Shown piece by piece: positions 1-9,812 of a DNA stretch of 64,000 bases. Position numbers and translations under genes: made by a program. The DNA is from Candidatus Aenigmatarchaeota archaeon. GTDB taxonomy: Archaea > Aenigmatarchaeota > Aenigmatarchaeia > CG10238-14 > SCSR01. A model generated the notes under the pieces. The model was not told the DNA's origin and did not search any database. It saw nothing but the letters and a program-made list of their open reading frames with translations. The stretch's first letter is position 1, and every line of letters starts with the position of its first letter. The DNA lies in NCBI GenBank assembly GCA_039000685.1, contig JAWBNW010000001.1, positions 14,655 to 78,654 on the forward strand, written 5' to 3'.

Positions 1-911
1 ATTCCTTCCTATCCCAAAATGAAAAAATCTTGGATAATTTAAGAAATGATTTGGAACAAATAGAAAAACAGATTAAAGAAAATGAAAGCAAGAAGAGGAA
101 GTATGAAATATTGTTGATACAGCTCGAAGATTTGGAAGAAAAGAAAAAAAGGAGTGAGGTGTTGAAGAGAGAAACAGAAGAAATCAAATCAAGAATGAAA
201 GAAATAGAAGCAAAACTTGAAGGCAAAGATTTGGCAAGAATGGAAGAAGCTCTCAAGTCAATCATAAGCAAAGAAAGTGAAGTAAAAACAAGGCTTCAAT
301 CTTACGATTCGTTCATTCAAGAAAAAGAATTAAGGAAAAGGGAATACGAGGAAAAGTTGAAAGATCTGGAAAAACAGAATAGAGAAGTCAAAAAACTAGA
401 GCATTTGATAAGAGATTTGGAGATTTTCAGTCTCGCCCTTCAGCAAACACAGATTGAACTGAGGAGCAATTTTGTCGAGGCAGTGAATTACACCATGAAC
501 AAGCTTTGGAGCACTCTATACCCATACCATGATTTCGTCTCTGTTAGGTTGAATGCAGAAGAAGGAGACTATGTTTTGCAGTTGCAAGGAAGGGATGGTA
601 ATTGGATGAATGTTGAAGGTATAGCTTCCGGTGGTGAAAGGAGCATAGCTTGCCTTGCTTTGAGAATAGCTTTTGCCCTCGTGCTCGCTCCAACCATGAG
701 AATAATCTTTTTGGACGAGCCAAGTCACAATTTGGATCAAGTCTCTCTAAAAGTCTTTGCAACAACTTTGAAAGAAAAAATCAGCGAGTTCATCGATCAG
801 GTTTTCTTGATAACACATCAATCGGAGCTAGAAGATGCTTTGACAGGCAATGGCTACCTATTAGAAAGAGATAAGGAAAAAGACGGTGTGACAAAGGTTG
901 TTGCCTTATAA
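1..911 (+). CDS. rad50: DNA double-strand break repair ATPase Rad50 (SMC family), C-terminal part; 5' end lies outside the window
   Basis: Coiled coil followed by ABC signature ASGGE, Walker B IIFLDEP and H-loop LITH; the frame is open to the window edge. Confidence 0.85.
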   Translation, partial: SFLSQNEKILDNLRNDLEQIEKQIKENESKKRKYEILLIQLEDLEEKKKRSEVLKRETEEIKSRMKEIEAKLEGKDLARMEEALKSIISKESEVKTRLQSYDSFIQEKELRKREYEEKLKDLEKQNREVKKLEHLIRDLEIFSLALQQTQIELRSNFVEAVNYTMNKLWSTLYPYHDFVSVRLNAEEGDYVLQLQGRDGNWMNVEGIASGGERSIACLALRIAFALVLAPTMRIIFLDEPSHNLDQVSLKVFATTLKEKISEFIDQVFLITHQSELEDALTGNGYLLERDKEKDGVTKVVAL

Positions 912-912
912 A

Positions 913-1611
913 TCATCTGAACAATTTTTCAGTCGGGTAAACAATTATTCCTTTACCAGATTTTATTTCAAATGGGTGCGAATCTGTGTCATGGTCCGTT
1001 GCTCTCATCTTTCTTATGGTTATCCCTCTTGGATATCCAGAAGAATAAGATAGCAATATTATACCATCTGAAGTGAATTCTTCTATTCCAAAAGATGAAA
1101 TAGAGTTGGAGCCTTCTGGAATTTCACAAGTGAGCAGAGCAGTACAATTCAATTTTTTGAGCAGTTTATCCAACTCAAGCAAGCTTCTTCTGATCTCCAA
1201 AGGTCTCTCGAAGAAAAGGCTTATAACTGTTATTGGGTCAATGACTATCCTCTCTGCCCCAACTTTTTCAACATTGTTTTCAATCAAATTCTTGAACTTT
1301 TCAAAATCATAGATGTCTGACTTTATGAGGAGAAGCTTTCCTTCTTTCTCTAGTTTTTCCAAAGGCCAGCCAAAAGTCAGGTTTATATATTTTTTTATCC
1401 TCTCGACATTTTCTTCTAAAGATATATACACACCTTTCTCTTTCTTTTCCAAAACACCATTGACCAAAAACTGCAAAGAGAGTATAGTCTTGCCTGATCC
1501 AGGACTGCCAGAAACAAGAATTGTAGAACCTTTAGGAAAACCGCCTTTAAGCAAAGCATCTAAACCTTTTATGCCAGAAGGAGTTCTTTCTATGGCATCA
1601 ACTTCTTTCAT
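913..1611 (-). CDS. KaiC-like RecA-superfamily ATPase (single domain)
   Basis: TPSGIKGLDALLKGG, Walker A GSPGSGKT, YISLEE, RIVIDP, KMRATDH. Confidence 0.85.
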   Translation of the reverse strand: MKEVDAIERTPSGIKGLDALLKGGFPKGSTILVSGSPGSGKTILSLQFLVNGVLEKKEKGVYISLEENVERIKKYINLTFGWPLEKLEKEGKLLLIKSDIYDFEKFKNLIENNVEKVGAERIVIDPITVISLFFERPLEIRRSLLELDKLLKKLNCTALLTCEIPEGSNSISSFGIEEFTSDGIILLSYSSGYPRGITIRKMRATDHDTDSHPFEIKSGKGIIVYPTEKLFR

Positions 1612-1646
1612 AAATTAAATTTATTTTCAATAGTATAAGAATTAAT

Positions 1647-2234
1647 ATGGACAAATCGATAGAAACCATAAGAGGAGAGAAAACCCTCAAAGAATTTATT
1701 AAAAAACTCGAGCCAAAGAGTGTAGTTCTCTTTATCATCGATGCAAAGAAATACCATAAAATACATCCAAAACTTTTGCAGACCATAATAAAAGAAAAAT
1801 GTTTTGCAGGAATTTACATCACGATAAACAAGCCTTACAGTGCTTTGATCAAATACCTCAAAGAAAACAAAATAAACACGGATAACATATTTTTCATCGA
1901 TGCTATATCAAAGAGTGTTGGAGGGGAGATAAAAATGACAAAAGACTGTTTATTCATTCCTTCTCCCTCCCAACTAACTGATTTGGCAATAGCTTTAACT
2001 CAAGCTTTAGAAAGCATGGAACATAAGGAAAACAAATTCATTTTTCTCGATTCCCTTTCAACTTTATTAATCTATAACTCCTTTGAAGTTGCAGCCAAGT
2101 TCGTCCATTTCATAATCTCTAGGCTTAGACTGTTTGGTCTTGTCGGGATGATAATCTCAATAGAAAAACAAATAGATGAGAGAATGTTAAATATTTTAAT
2201 AGAGATGTGTGATAGGGTGGTTGAAGTCAAATGA
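1647..2234 (+). CDS. Inactive KaiC/RecA-fold protein lacking Walker A
   Basis: GIYITINKPY, FFIDAIS and FIFLDSLSTLLIYN motifs typical of archaeal degenerate KaiC-like domains. Confidence 0.65.
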   Translation: MDKSIETIRGEKTLKEFIKKLEPKSVVLFIIDAKKYHKIHPKLLQTIIKEKCFAGIYITINKPYSALIKYLKENKINTDNIFFIDAISKSVGGEIKMTKDCLFIPSPSQLTDLAIALTQALESMEHKENKFIFLDSLSTLLIYNSFEVAAKFVHFIISRLRLFGLVGMIISIEKQIDERMLNILIEMCDRVVEVK

Positions 2235-2581
2235 TCGAAATCTTCTTTCAAATCTTAAGCTTGCTGAGCTCTGTTTTAGCTTTCATAACAGTAATTATGT
2301 TTGCTCGATCTAACATCAAGTTCACAAAAGGCGAATTGCAAGAAATAATCAATTATTTTGTTTGGGGAACTATATTCATGTTCGGTGCAATGGCGGCTCA
2401 ACTTCAAGTTGACCTCTTTAATTTGTCTGGCACACCAATAGATATGATAAAATATCTTCTATTGTTGATTGGTTTTTCATATTACTTATTAGCTTCCAAC
2501 CGAATTTACAAGATGTCAAAAGTCCTAGGGTTTGCTTCAGAAGAAATGCCAAAGAAACTGAAAAAAGTCCTTAAATCTTAA
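2231..2581 (+). CDS. Small three-helix membrane protein
   Basis: Three hydrophobic segments; ATGA overlap with the upstream gene. Confidence 0.6.
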   Translation: MIEIFFQILSLLSSVLAFITVIMFARSNIKFTKGELQEIINYFVWGTIFMFGAMAAQLQVDLFNLSGTPIDMIKYLLLLIGFSYYLLASNRIYKMSKVLGFASEEMPKKLKKVLKS

Positions 2582-2606
2582 TTTCAAGAAAAGTTTAATT
2601 TAAATT

Positions 2607-3017
2607 ATGAAGGCCCAAGTTGCTCTTGAATATTTAATGATAATTTCTTTTGCTTTGATGGTCTTGTTGCCTTACGCTCTTTATCTTCAAACAGCTTCCC
2701 AAAATTTAAAAGAAGACAACAATTTAGCCATAGCTTCCAATTCTCTGAAAAAAATAGGTCAGACAGCAGACTGGGTTTTTTCTCAAGGTGAGCCTGCCAA
2801 AATTACAATCTTGGTTCAAATTCCTGCTAACATTGAAGAAATTTCTTTTGACGGCAAAATGATGAACTGGAAAGTTAGGACTAGCGCTGGTCTATCAGAT
2901 ATTTACTACATTTCTTCGGCTAACTTGACAGGAAGCTTGCCAACAACTCCAGGCTATTACAATTTGCTGATTCAAGCTATCGGAAATGGGGTGAACATAA
3001 GTGTTAGCCCAAGTTAG
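2607..3017 (+). CDS. Type IV pilin-like protein (class III signal peptide)
   Basis: MKA|QVALEY followed by a hydrophobic helix. Confidence 0.8.
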   Translation: MKAQVALEYLMIISFALMVLLPYALYLQTASQNLKEDNNLAIASNSLKKIGQTADWVFSQGEPAKITILVQIPANIEEISFDGKMMNWKVRTSAGLSDIYYISSANLTGSLPTTPGYYNLLIQAIGNGVNISVSPS

Positions 3018-3390
3018 CATAGAATTTATTTCTTTGCTCTCATTCCTTTTCATTTTTTTATTCTTCACAATTTATCACAGTTCCAATCTTTACATTCAGA
3101 CAAACGCAGCAAGGATCTTGAAAGATGCACAAACAGTAAGCGATCAAATTGCTTCTGAAATAAACTTAGCCCTTAGAGCTGGGAGTGGCTACTCAAGAAC
3201 TTTCAATGTCCCAAATAAAATTTCCAATGCAATAGATTACAACATAACAGTAAAAGATTATCTTGTGATTTTGACTTGGAACGGTGGCTCCACACAATCT
3301 ATAATCTTGACAAGAAATATCAGTGGAGAAATATTGAAAGGTGAGAACTTGATAAGAAATTTGGATGGTGTGATTTATGCTAACCAATAA
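3001..3390 (+). CDS. Type IV pilin-like protein
   Basis: LA|QVSIEF followed by a hydrophobic helix; GTG start with GGTGA SD. Confidence 0.75.
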   Translation: MLAQVSIEFISLLSFLFIFLFFTIYHSSNLYIQTNAARILKDAQTVSDQIASEINLALRAGSGYSRTFNVPNKISNAIDYNITVKDYLVILTWNGGSTQSIILTRNISGEILKGENLIRNLDGVIYANQ

Positions 3391-3859
3391 AGCCCAAGCC
3401 TTCACTTATGATTTTTTCATAGCTTTAGGTATTTTTTTTGTCGTGATGATTTTGGTGATGGGAAATTGGTACTTTTCAGCCGTTCAAACACAAGAAACCA
3501 TGGAAAAAAATTTAGCCTATAATATTCTACTTTCTGCATCTCAAGTTTGGTTTAAAGAAGGATTTCCAAAATATTGGAATGTTGACAATATAGTTGAGCT
3601 AGGTTTGTCCAATGACGGAAAGATAAATGAAACCAAAATGGAAATGCTGAACAATTCGATCGGATATCCCAAAGCAACTCTTTTGCTCAATCTTGGCAAT
3701 TTCAACTTGTGCTATGAAATTTATGACAAAACAGGAAATTTAATTTTTCGCTTTCCTCAAAATGCAGATCTTAATTCAGCAAAAAACATCTACAAGATTG
3801 AAAGAATTGGGATATTGAATGAGCAGCCTGTGAAAGTGAGGACTTTGATATGGAACTGA
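3377..3859 (+). CDS. Minor pilin-like protein
   Basis: KA|QAFTYDFFIA class III-like signal. Confidence 0.7.
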   Translation: MLTNKAQAFTYDFFIALGIFFVVMILVMGNWYFSAVQTQETMEKNLAYNILLSASQVWFKEGFPKYWNVDNIVELGLSNDGKINETKMEMLNNSIGYPKATLLLNLGNFNLCYEIYDKTGNLIFRFPQNADLNSAKNIYKIERIGILNEQPVKVRTLIWN

Positions 3860-5784
3860 AAGGTTTAGCTTTCACTGCTGACATTTTGATAGGTTTGACC
3901 TTAGCCATATCATTAATTCCTCTTTTCTATGTTGGAACAGAATCAAGCCATCCAGAAATTTCTTTTCAATCTTTAAGCTACCAAGCAAATGATTTGATAG
4001 AAGTGCTTGCAAATTTAAAAACAAGCTCTTTTTCCAACACACCAACAATCTCAAAACTCTTATCAGAGAAAATAATTTCAGAGACTGAACTGAACAAAAC
4101 TTTGCTAGACTTGATAGGAACTTTCTGGTATTCTGGTAATCAAAGCATCGCTTCAAATATAACAAAAGAAGTCCTGGAAGGTTTGACAGAAAAATGCTTC
4201 AGTCTCCAAACCCAGAATGAAACAATCTATTCATCTTGCTCATCTAATCCAAAAACAGTTTCTGTTGCTTACAGGTTGGAATCTGGCTATGAAATCGGAA
4301 AGCCGGTTTCTGGTTATGTGGCAAGGGCATGGGCAACAAAAGTGAGAAAAAACACAACCCAAATAATTATTTTCTATCCAGAAGGCTCAGGCTGGACTGC
4401 TCAAAGACTTGAAATCACGAAAAACTTTGCCTTACCAACAAACATAACAATCTACAACGCAACTTTGTATGTTTCAATCCATTTCGGAACTTCCAAATCC
4501 CAAGCCCAATTCGAGCAGCTTAAAATCAATGGTGTTCAAAAAAAGAATGATGTGAATTGGCTTTACTTGCAAGAAGAAGCTTTTGGTTGGGAAATTACTA
4601 CAGCAGCCTATGGTGTTGTTGACGTGACGAATGAAATTCAAGCAGGAAACAATTCAATTTACTTGGTGATAGGAACACCAAACTACCATTCTCACATTCA
4701 TCCAGGCATGAGGCTTATAGTGACTTACAGTTTGAGTCAAGAACTTTCAACAGGTAACAAAAGCTTCAAGAAGAGATATTATTTCGACAATGTGGTGGGG
4801 AGAACAGGTGCTTGGTCGATGGTCTCTTTCTATATCCCAGAAAATGCAAAAAATGCCACAGCTAGGCTTCATCTGAAAGCTTTAGAGGTCGATGATACTA
4901 AAGATTTGTTTGGAAGAAATTCCAGCGATGTGATAATTTATTTCAATTCAGACGACATCTTTTATAAAGACGGATATTGTTCTTCTCAAAATTGCTATCC
5001 TTCATGCAGTATTTCAGGTCTTTACTATAGAAACTGTCAAAAAGTTGGAGTGATGAATCCTGAGCTCTCATTAGATCTCACAAGCAATTTGACTAAAGGA
5101 ACAAATGTGATTTCAGTATATCTGAACAATTATGGTGACATTCACTGGGGAGATCAAAAGGCGATAATTTATTCAGATCTTTTGAATGACCCAGAAGGAT
5201 CTTCTTATGTTGAAGTCTCTTATGAAATGGAAGAACCAACTTTCAATTACGGTGAGATCGATATAACGAAAGAAATGTTGTTTGGAGGCTCTGCCAGCAA
5301 CCCAAAAACTTTCAATTTCACTCTAAGCCAAAATCAAATGAATGTTATAGAAGCTTTTGTCCACATAGCCCAGGGCTTCAGCAGCATGGTTAATGCTTCC
5401 ATAAACAACTTTTGGATCTTCACTTCACCTTCTATACGTGTCGTTCCTGAAAATGTTTATGTTTATCCAAACAAGCTCATCATCGGAACAAATTCAATCA
5501 AGCTTGTGGACTTTCAGCAAGGTGGCTCGATTTCAGGAACAAACTACATCTTGCCGTGGTCTTCTTTCGAATACACCTACCTCGTGAGAGGTTTGGTTGG
5601 CTATGGAAGTGTGTTCAATTCTTCTCAGCTTGCAATAGAAGATGCAAGACAAAGACTTCTTGCTCAAATGGGTGGCGAGGGAATAAAGCCGGAAGAGATG
5701 CAAGTCGACTCTCAAGCAGTTCAGGGCATAAGATGGCTTTGGGGTCCAAGCCTGTTCAAAATCTTGGTGTGGGAGAGAGAATGA
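3850..5784 (+). CDS. Large pilin-like or adhesin surface protein
   Basis: KG|LAFTADILIG class III-like signal; beta-rich body with many N-x-S/T sequons and a Cys cluster. Confidence 0.65.
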   Translation: MELKGLAFTADILIGLTLAISLIPLFYVGTESSHPEISFQSLSYQANDLIEVLANLKTSSFSNTPTISKLLSEKIISETELNKTLLDLIGTFWYSGNQSIASNITKEVLEGLTEKCFSLQTQNETIYSSCSSNPKTVSVAYRLESGYEIGKPVSGYVARAWATKVRKNTTQIIIFYPEGSGWTAQRLEITKNFALPTNITIYNATLYVSIHFGTSKSQAQFEQLKINGVQKKNDVNWLYLQEEAFGWEITTAAYGVVDVTNEIQAGNNSIYLVIGTPNYHSHIHPGMRLIVTYSLSQELSTGNKSFKKRYYFDNVVGRTGAWSMVSFYIPENAKNATARLHLKALEVDDTKDLFGRNSSDVIIYFNSDDIFYKDGYCSSQNCYPSCSISGLYYRNCQKVGVMNPELSLDLTSNLTKGTNVISVYLNNYGDIHWGDQKAIIYSDLLNDPEGSSYVEVSYEMEEPTFNYGEIDITKEMLFGGSASNPKTFNFTLSQNQMNVIEAFVHIAQGFSSMVNASINNFWIFTSPSIRVVPENVYVYPNKLIIGTNSIKLVDFQQGGSISGTNYILPWSSFEYTYLVRGLVGYGSVFNSSQLAIEDARQRLLAQMGGEGIKPEEMQVDSQAVQGIRWLWGPSLFKILVWERE

Positions 5785-6746
5785 GAGGAATATTCTTCAG
5801 TTTGATGATAATTTTTCTAATGGCCTGCCTACTCATGTTTCTTTCTGTTCAGAGGTCCATGTTATCTTTTTACTCTTCTCAAAGAGCAATTGAAAATAGG
5901 ATAGAATCTATGCTGAACTTTTATGAGAGTGTGATTTATGACTCAAGAAAATCTATGGAAATCATGGCACAAAGGGCAGCTTGTTCAGCAATAAACTATG
6001 TGGTAACCACAGGCTCTCCCTTACATTCTTCAAACGAGTCTATAGCAGAGCTCATATTGGAAGGAACAATTAATTCTGAGATCCAAGGCCTGATGGAAGG
6101 ATCTACTACCAAAGATTGGGAAGAGAGCATAGAATATTTGGGAAGTCTTCAAGGATTTGGGGCCGAAGTCAATATCAAAGACTTATTGATAGAGCTCGAA
6201 GACAGTTACCATCTTTCCATCTCTTACACTATTCTCCTAGACCTTTATGATGATAATGTCAAGACAAACCTTACAAAAAGCTCAAGAGAAAAAATAATCG
6301 TAAGCATAGAAAATATGGAAGATCCTCTCTATCCTTTGAACACTTTAGGCAGAATAGTCAATGTCATAAGACCGAGCCCACATTGGCTCAACTACTCTAG
6401 CGAAGACACTACAAATTTGAAGGACGATTTAGACAATTCTTACTATCATCCCAGCTTATATGGAGCAAGTTTTCTGGATAGGCTTGAAGGCAAGTTCTTC
6501 GTTCAAGAAAAGTACTCCAAACCAAACCCAATCGGGTTGGAAAGTTTTGTCAACAAGGACAAAATCCTCAGCGCAGGCTTGCCGATAGATACTTACGCTA
6601 CAAACATAGATTATCTTTACTTCTCAAAAAGTGGTGTGGTCGCTTATTCTATTTTCAACATGCCTTCTAATTTTAGATTAGACAATGAGACTAGTCTTGA
6701 AGGGAAGACCCACCTTCAAATATACAATGTCACGGTGATTGAATGA
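5781..6746 (+). CDS. Minor pilin-like protein (start re-assigned to ATG 5781)
   Basis: MRG|IFFSLMII signal; ATGA overlap with the upstream stop; EDPLYPL motif. Confidence 0.65.
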   Translation: MRGIFFSLMIIFLMACLLMFLSVQRSMLSFYSSQRAIENRIESMLNFYESVIYDSRKSMEIMAQRAACSAINYVVTTGSPLHSSNESIAELILEGTINSEIQGLMEGSTTKDWEESIEYLGSLQGFGAEVNIKDLLIELEDSYHLSISYTILLDLYDDNVKTNLTKSSREKIIVSIENMEDPLYPLNTLGRIVNVIRPSPHWLNYSSEDTTNLKDDLDNSYYHPSLYGASFLDRLEGKFFVQEKYSKPNPIGLESFVNKDKILSAGLPIDTYATNIDYLYFSKSGVVAYSIFNMPSNFRLDNETSLEGKTHLQIYNVTVIE

Positions 6747-7480
6747 AATTAAAATACAAAATTTCACTCACAGCCCTGATGTTAATAATATTAGGTTCCC
6801 TAATCTTGGGTCCAAAAGAGTTTAAGCAAGCCCTTTTTCAATATTTTGAGGGAGGCAAAGGAGAAGAAAGCACTTCAGTTCAAAATTTAACTCAAAGTCA
6901 AACTGGTCAAACGAGCGAGACTAATTACTCTACAAACCCACCCCAAGAAGGTGGAGGAGGTGCTGGGGAAACAACCAAAGAAGAAGGACAAGCAGCAAAA
7001 GCAATAACCCTTGAAATCACAGACATTTGTTCAGGAAAGCTTGACCTATTCACCATTTCAGAAGGTGCTACTAAATGCTTGAACAGAAAATATCCGTATC
7101 AAATAATCCTTGAAAAAAATTCAACCCATTTGACAACAAGTTTTTATGGCTTAAGCGGGTTTGAGGAAAGCTATGAGCTGAACGAAACTATTCTACTATT
7201 CTTCATCTTTGCCGAGGATGTGGCGAGCGTGAGCCATGAGATTCAATCTTTCAGTTTAGAAGGAAGTCAAGATTTCAGTTTAGGTCAATATTATCTTCAC
7301 ACAATCTGGGAAAGAGATGCTGCTGGAAACTTGGTGATCTCAAAGATGATAGCAATTTTGCCTTTGCAAGTAAACGGCAATATTATGAGCAGTGATTGGA
7401 AAGAGCTTAAATTCTATCTGAATATACCTAACAAAACTTATTATTTGGGCAACCTTTGGGTCTTAGTGAAAGAAAAATAA
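6743..7480 (+). CDS. Hypothetical membrane-anchored protein of the pilus locus
   Basis: N-terminal TM helix, Gly/Thr/Glu-rich linker, translational coupling. Confidence 0.55.
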   Translation: MKLKYKISLTALMLIILGSLILGPKEFKQALFQYFEGGKGEESTSVQNLTQSQTGQTSETNYSTNPPQEGGGGAGETTKEEGQAAKAITLEITDICSGKLDLFTISEGATKCLNRKYPYQIILEKNSTHLTTSFYGLSGFEESYELNETILLFFIFAEDVASVSHEIQSFSLEGSQDFSLGQYYLHTIWERDAAGNLVISKMIAILPLQVNGNIMSSDWKELKFYLNIPNKTYYLGNLWVLVKEK

Positions 7481-7491
7481 AAGAAAAAAAG

Positions 7492-7902
7492 CTAAGACGC
7501 TCCATGTAAAGTTGCATTAAGACTGCTCTCTATACCGCTAGCAACATCTATGAAGGTTACTTTCACTTCTACATCTCCAGCAAAGCAACCACTGCAAGGT
7601 ATGGAAAGTCTTGATTGTGGTTTTCCATTTAGAGGTACATCAAAGGTGTTTGAACCTTTTGAAGTATCAACTCGTGTAACATTTATTTCTCTTGGTCCTA
7701 CAATCACTGAAAGGGTATTAGCACCATGATAGTCATACGTAATTGCTGCGCCAGGCGGGAAACATGGACTGCAAGGCCCACCGATACCACCACCAGGCAA
7801 TCTGAAAATACCCATTGCGTACAAAGCTGCAACCACTGCAATTACTATCAAGATTGCCCATCCGTATGTCATCAAAAACTCAAGAGCCGCTTGTGCTTTC
7901 AT
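7492..7902 (-). CDS. Probable major type IV pilin
   Basis: MKA|QAALEFLMTYGWAILIVIAVVAAL, a classic archaeal pilin N-terminus. Confidence 0.85.
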   Translation of the reverse strand: MKAQAALEFLMTYGWAILIVIAVVAALYAMGIFRLPGGGIGGPCSPCFPPGAAITYDYHGANTLSVIVGPREINVTRVDTSKGSNTFDVPLNGKPQSRLSIPCSGCFAGDVEVKVTFIDVASGIESSLNATLHGAS

Positions 7903-7932
7903 AATTATATTTTATTTTCCCGCCTTTTAAAG

Positions 7933-8928
7933 CTATAGAGTTGCTGCTGGGACAAGGAAGCCTATGAGGCCTGAGAGAGCAAGTCTTGCCATGAAATAGA
8001 TTGTTAGGTTGATTGCCAAGAGCAAGGGGATGTATTTCAAACCAGCTTTTTCCTTTCCCTCTTGCAACAAACCTATGAGCAAGCTGCCAAAAATCGATGA
8101 AAAAATCAAGGTTAGCAGACAATAAGCTCTGATGAAATCTGAAGAAACTTTAACTATACCAAGCTTCAAGCTTCCCATGGTCATGTAGCTTGCAGCTTCT
8201 TCTATTCTCAGCTTGCTTCCGATTGCACTCATGGTCTCAACCAAATAGGAAGAAAACGCAAATAGGACAGGGGAGGCAAAACCAACGGCTATGAAGATGA
8301 AAATGGCATACATTCCAACTTGTGCTGCTATCTCTTTTTTCAAGAGCTTGAGATCCCTTATGTCTTCAGCTGTTTGTTCGAGCAAACTTGCTATCTCCCC
8401 ACCTTTTCTCATACCTTCAACTATCAAGTTGAATGTCCTGTTTATTATCCTCGACCTAATTTTCTTTCCTAAAGAAAGCAAAGCATCTTCCAAGGCTTCA
8501 CCAGCTATTGCTTTTGTGGCAGCCATCTTAATCTCTTTTTCCAAAACACCAAACTCCGGTCTAGCAGAATAAAGCAAAGCCTTGTCTGGAGTTAAACCTG
8601 AGCGAATGTTTGCTGCCATTAGCTGCAGGGCATCAGGAAGGACAGATTCAGCAAAGCTTCCTCTCTTATCACCTATCAATATTAAAATAAGATCAATTAT
8701 CAATTGAATTCCAATGAAAACCAGGGGAATCAATAGCAGGATTACCCAACTAAAAACAAAAACAAGGGGAAGCAACAAGAATGAAAAGGCAAGAGAGTAA
8801 AGAAAAGATAAGGACAAGAATTTTTCCATTCTTATCTCAATCCCAGCATACTCTAAATTCTGCTCTAACCATTTCACGTACTTCTTCGGATAAATCCACC
8901 TTATTCTTCTATAAGCTCTCTCTATCAT
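7933..8928 (-). CDS. Type IV pilus platform membrane protein (TadC/T2SS F family)
   Basis: LPDALQLMAANIRSG and GGEIASLLE motifs; multiple TM helices. Confidence 0.85.
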   Translation of the reverse strand: MIERAYRRIRWIYPKKYVKWLEQNLEYAGIEIRMEKFLSLSFLYSLAFSFLLLPLVFVFSWVILLLIPLVFIGIQLIIDLILILIGDKRGSFAESVLPDALQLMAANIRSGLTPDKALLYSARPEFGVLEKEIKMAATKAIAGEALEDALLSLGKKIRSRIINRTFNLIVEGMRKGGEIASLLEQTAEDIRDLKLLKKEIAAQVGMYAIFIFIAVGFASPVLFAFSSYLVETMSAIGSKLRIEEAASYMTMGSLKLGIVKVSSDFIRAYCLLTLIFSSIFGSLLIGLLQEGKEKAGLKYIPLLLAINLTIYFMARLALSGLIGFLVPAATL

Positions 8929-9812
8929 ACTTCCACACTCGGCCTCCTGCTCTTAACCATTCCTATGAGCATGACTTGAAAAACAACAACAACAAACAAA
9001 ATCAAAAAGAATATTGTCTCTGGAACTTGTATGCCAGCAAAAGTAGAGAAAATTATGAGAAAAGTTATTCCAAGAGTAGGTAGAATTACTGTCAACATCA
9101 AGTACATTAGAGCTAGTGGACTGAGTTGAGAGCCATACTTCCTTATCTTCACCTTCTGCTCTTCTGAAAGATTTTGGGCTATGATGTTAAGAGTATTCCC
9201 AACATCACCCCCCGCCCTCAAGCTGTTGACTATCTGCCAAATAACCCTCTTGAAACCAACATTCGGAACCCTAAAAGCAAGCTCTTCCAGAGCTTGTGTC
9301 TCCTCTTTTCCAGTTGCTATTTCTTTCACACATTTCTCAAATTCTTCCGAGACAGAACCATAATTTCCTTTCGAGACAGAAACCAAGGAATCAAAAATAG
9401 AAACTCCGGACTTGATTTGAATGAACAAATGTCTTATGGCAAACAAAAGATTTTTTTCCACATCTCTATCTTTCCTTGAAAGCAAGAGGCTTGGATAAAA
9501 GCTGATGTAATTGAAGACAACTACAGAGATCAAAAGAGAAAAGATGAATGAAAGCAAGGCGAGATTTTTCCCGGCTACCAACCCAAGAATCGTGAAAATT
9601 GAGAAAATCAAGAAAAACCAAAAGATAGAAGAGAATATTGCTATTGCTGAATATTCCCTGTCTTTCAAGTTTATTTCAGCTTGAATCAACTTCTGGGCAA
9701 GGAAAGGATTCAGCTTGACAAGTCTGCTCGATAGAAATAAAAAAGGTCTTGAAAGTTTCAAAACCTTTTGAACTGGAAATGGGACAAATGGTATTCTCTT
9801 CATCCAAACCAA
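8925..9812 (-). CDS. Type IV pilus platform membrane protein (TadB/TadC family)
   Basis: IQIKSGVSIFDSL, NYGSVSEEF and GGDVGNTL motifs. Confidence 0.85.
   Translation of the reverse strand: MVWMKRIPFVPFPVQKVLKLSRPFLFLSSRLVKLNPFLAQKLIQAEINLKDREYSAIAIFSSIFWFFLIFSIFTILGLVAGKNLALLSFIFSLLISVVVFNYISFYPSLLLSRKDRDVEKNLLFAIRHLFIQIKSGVSIFDSLVSVSKGNYGSVSEEFEKCVKEIATGKEETQALEELAFRVPNVGFKRVIWQIVNSLRAGGDVGNTLNIIAQNLSEEQKVKIRKYGSQLSPLALMYLMLTVILPTLGITFLIIFSTFAGIQVPETIFFLILFVVVVFQVMLIGMVKSRRPSVEV

Noticed and set aside
5556..5780. N-terminal extension of the 396-aa ORF
   Set aside because: It overlaps the upstream gene out of frame; the class III signal and ATGA coupling place the start at 5781.
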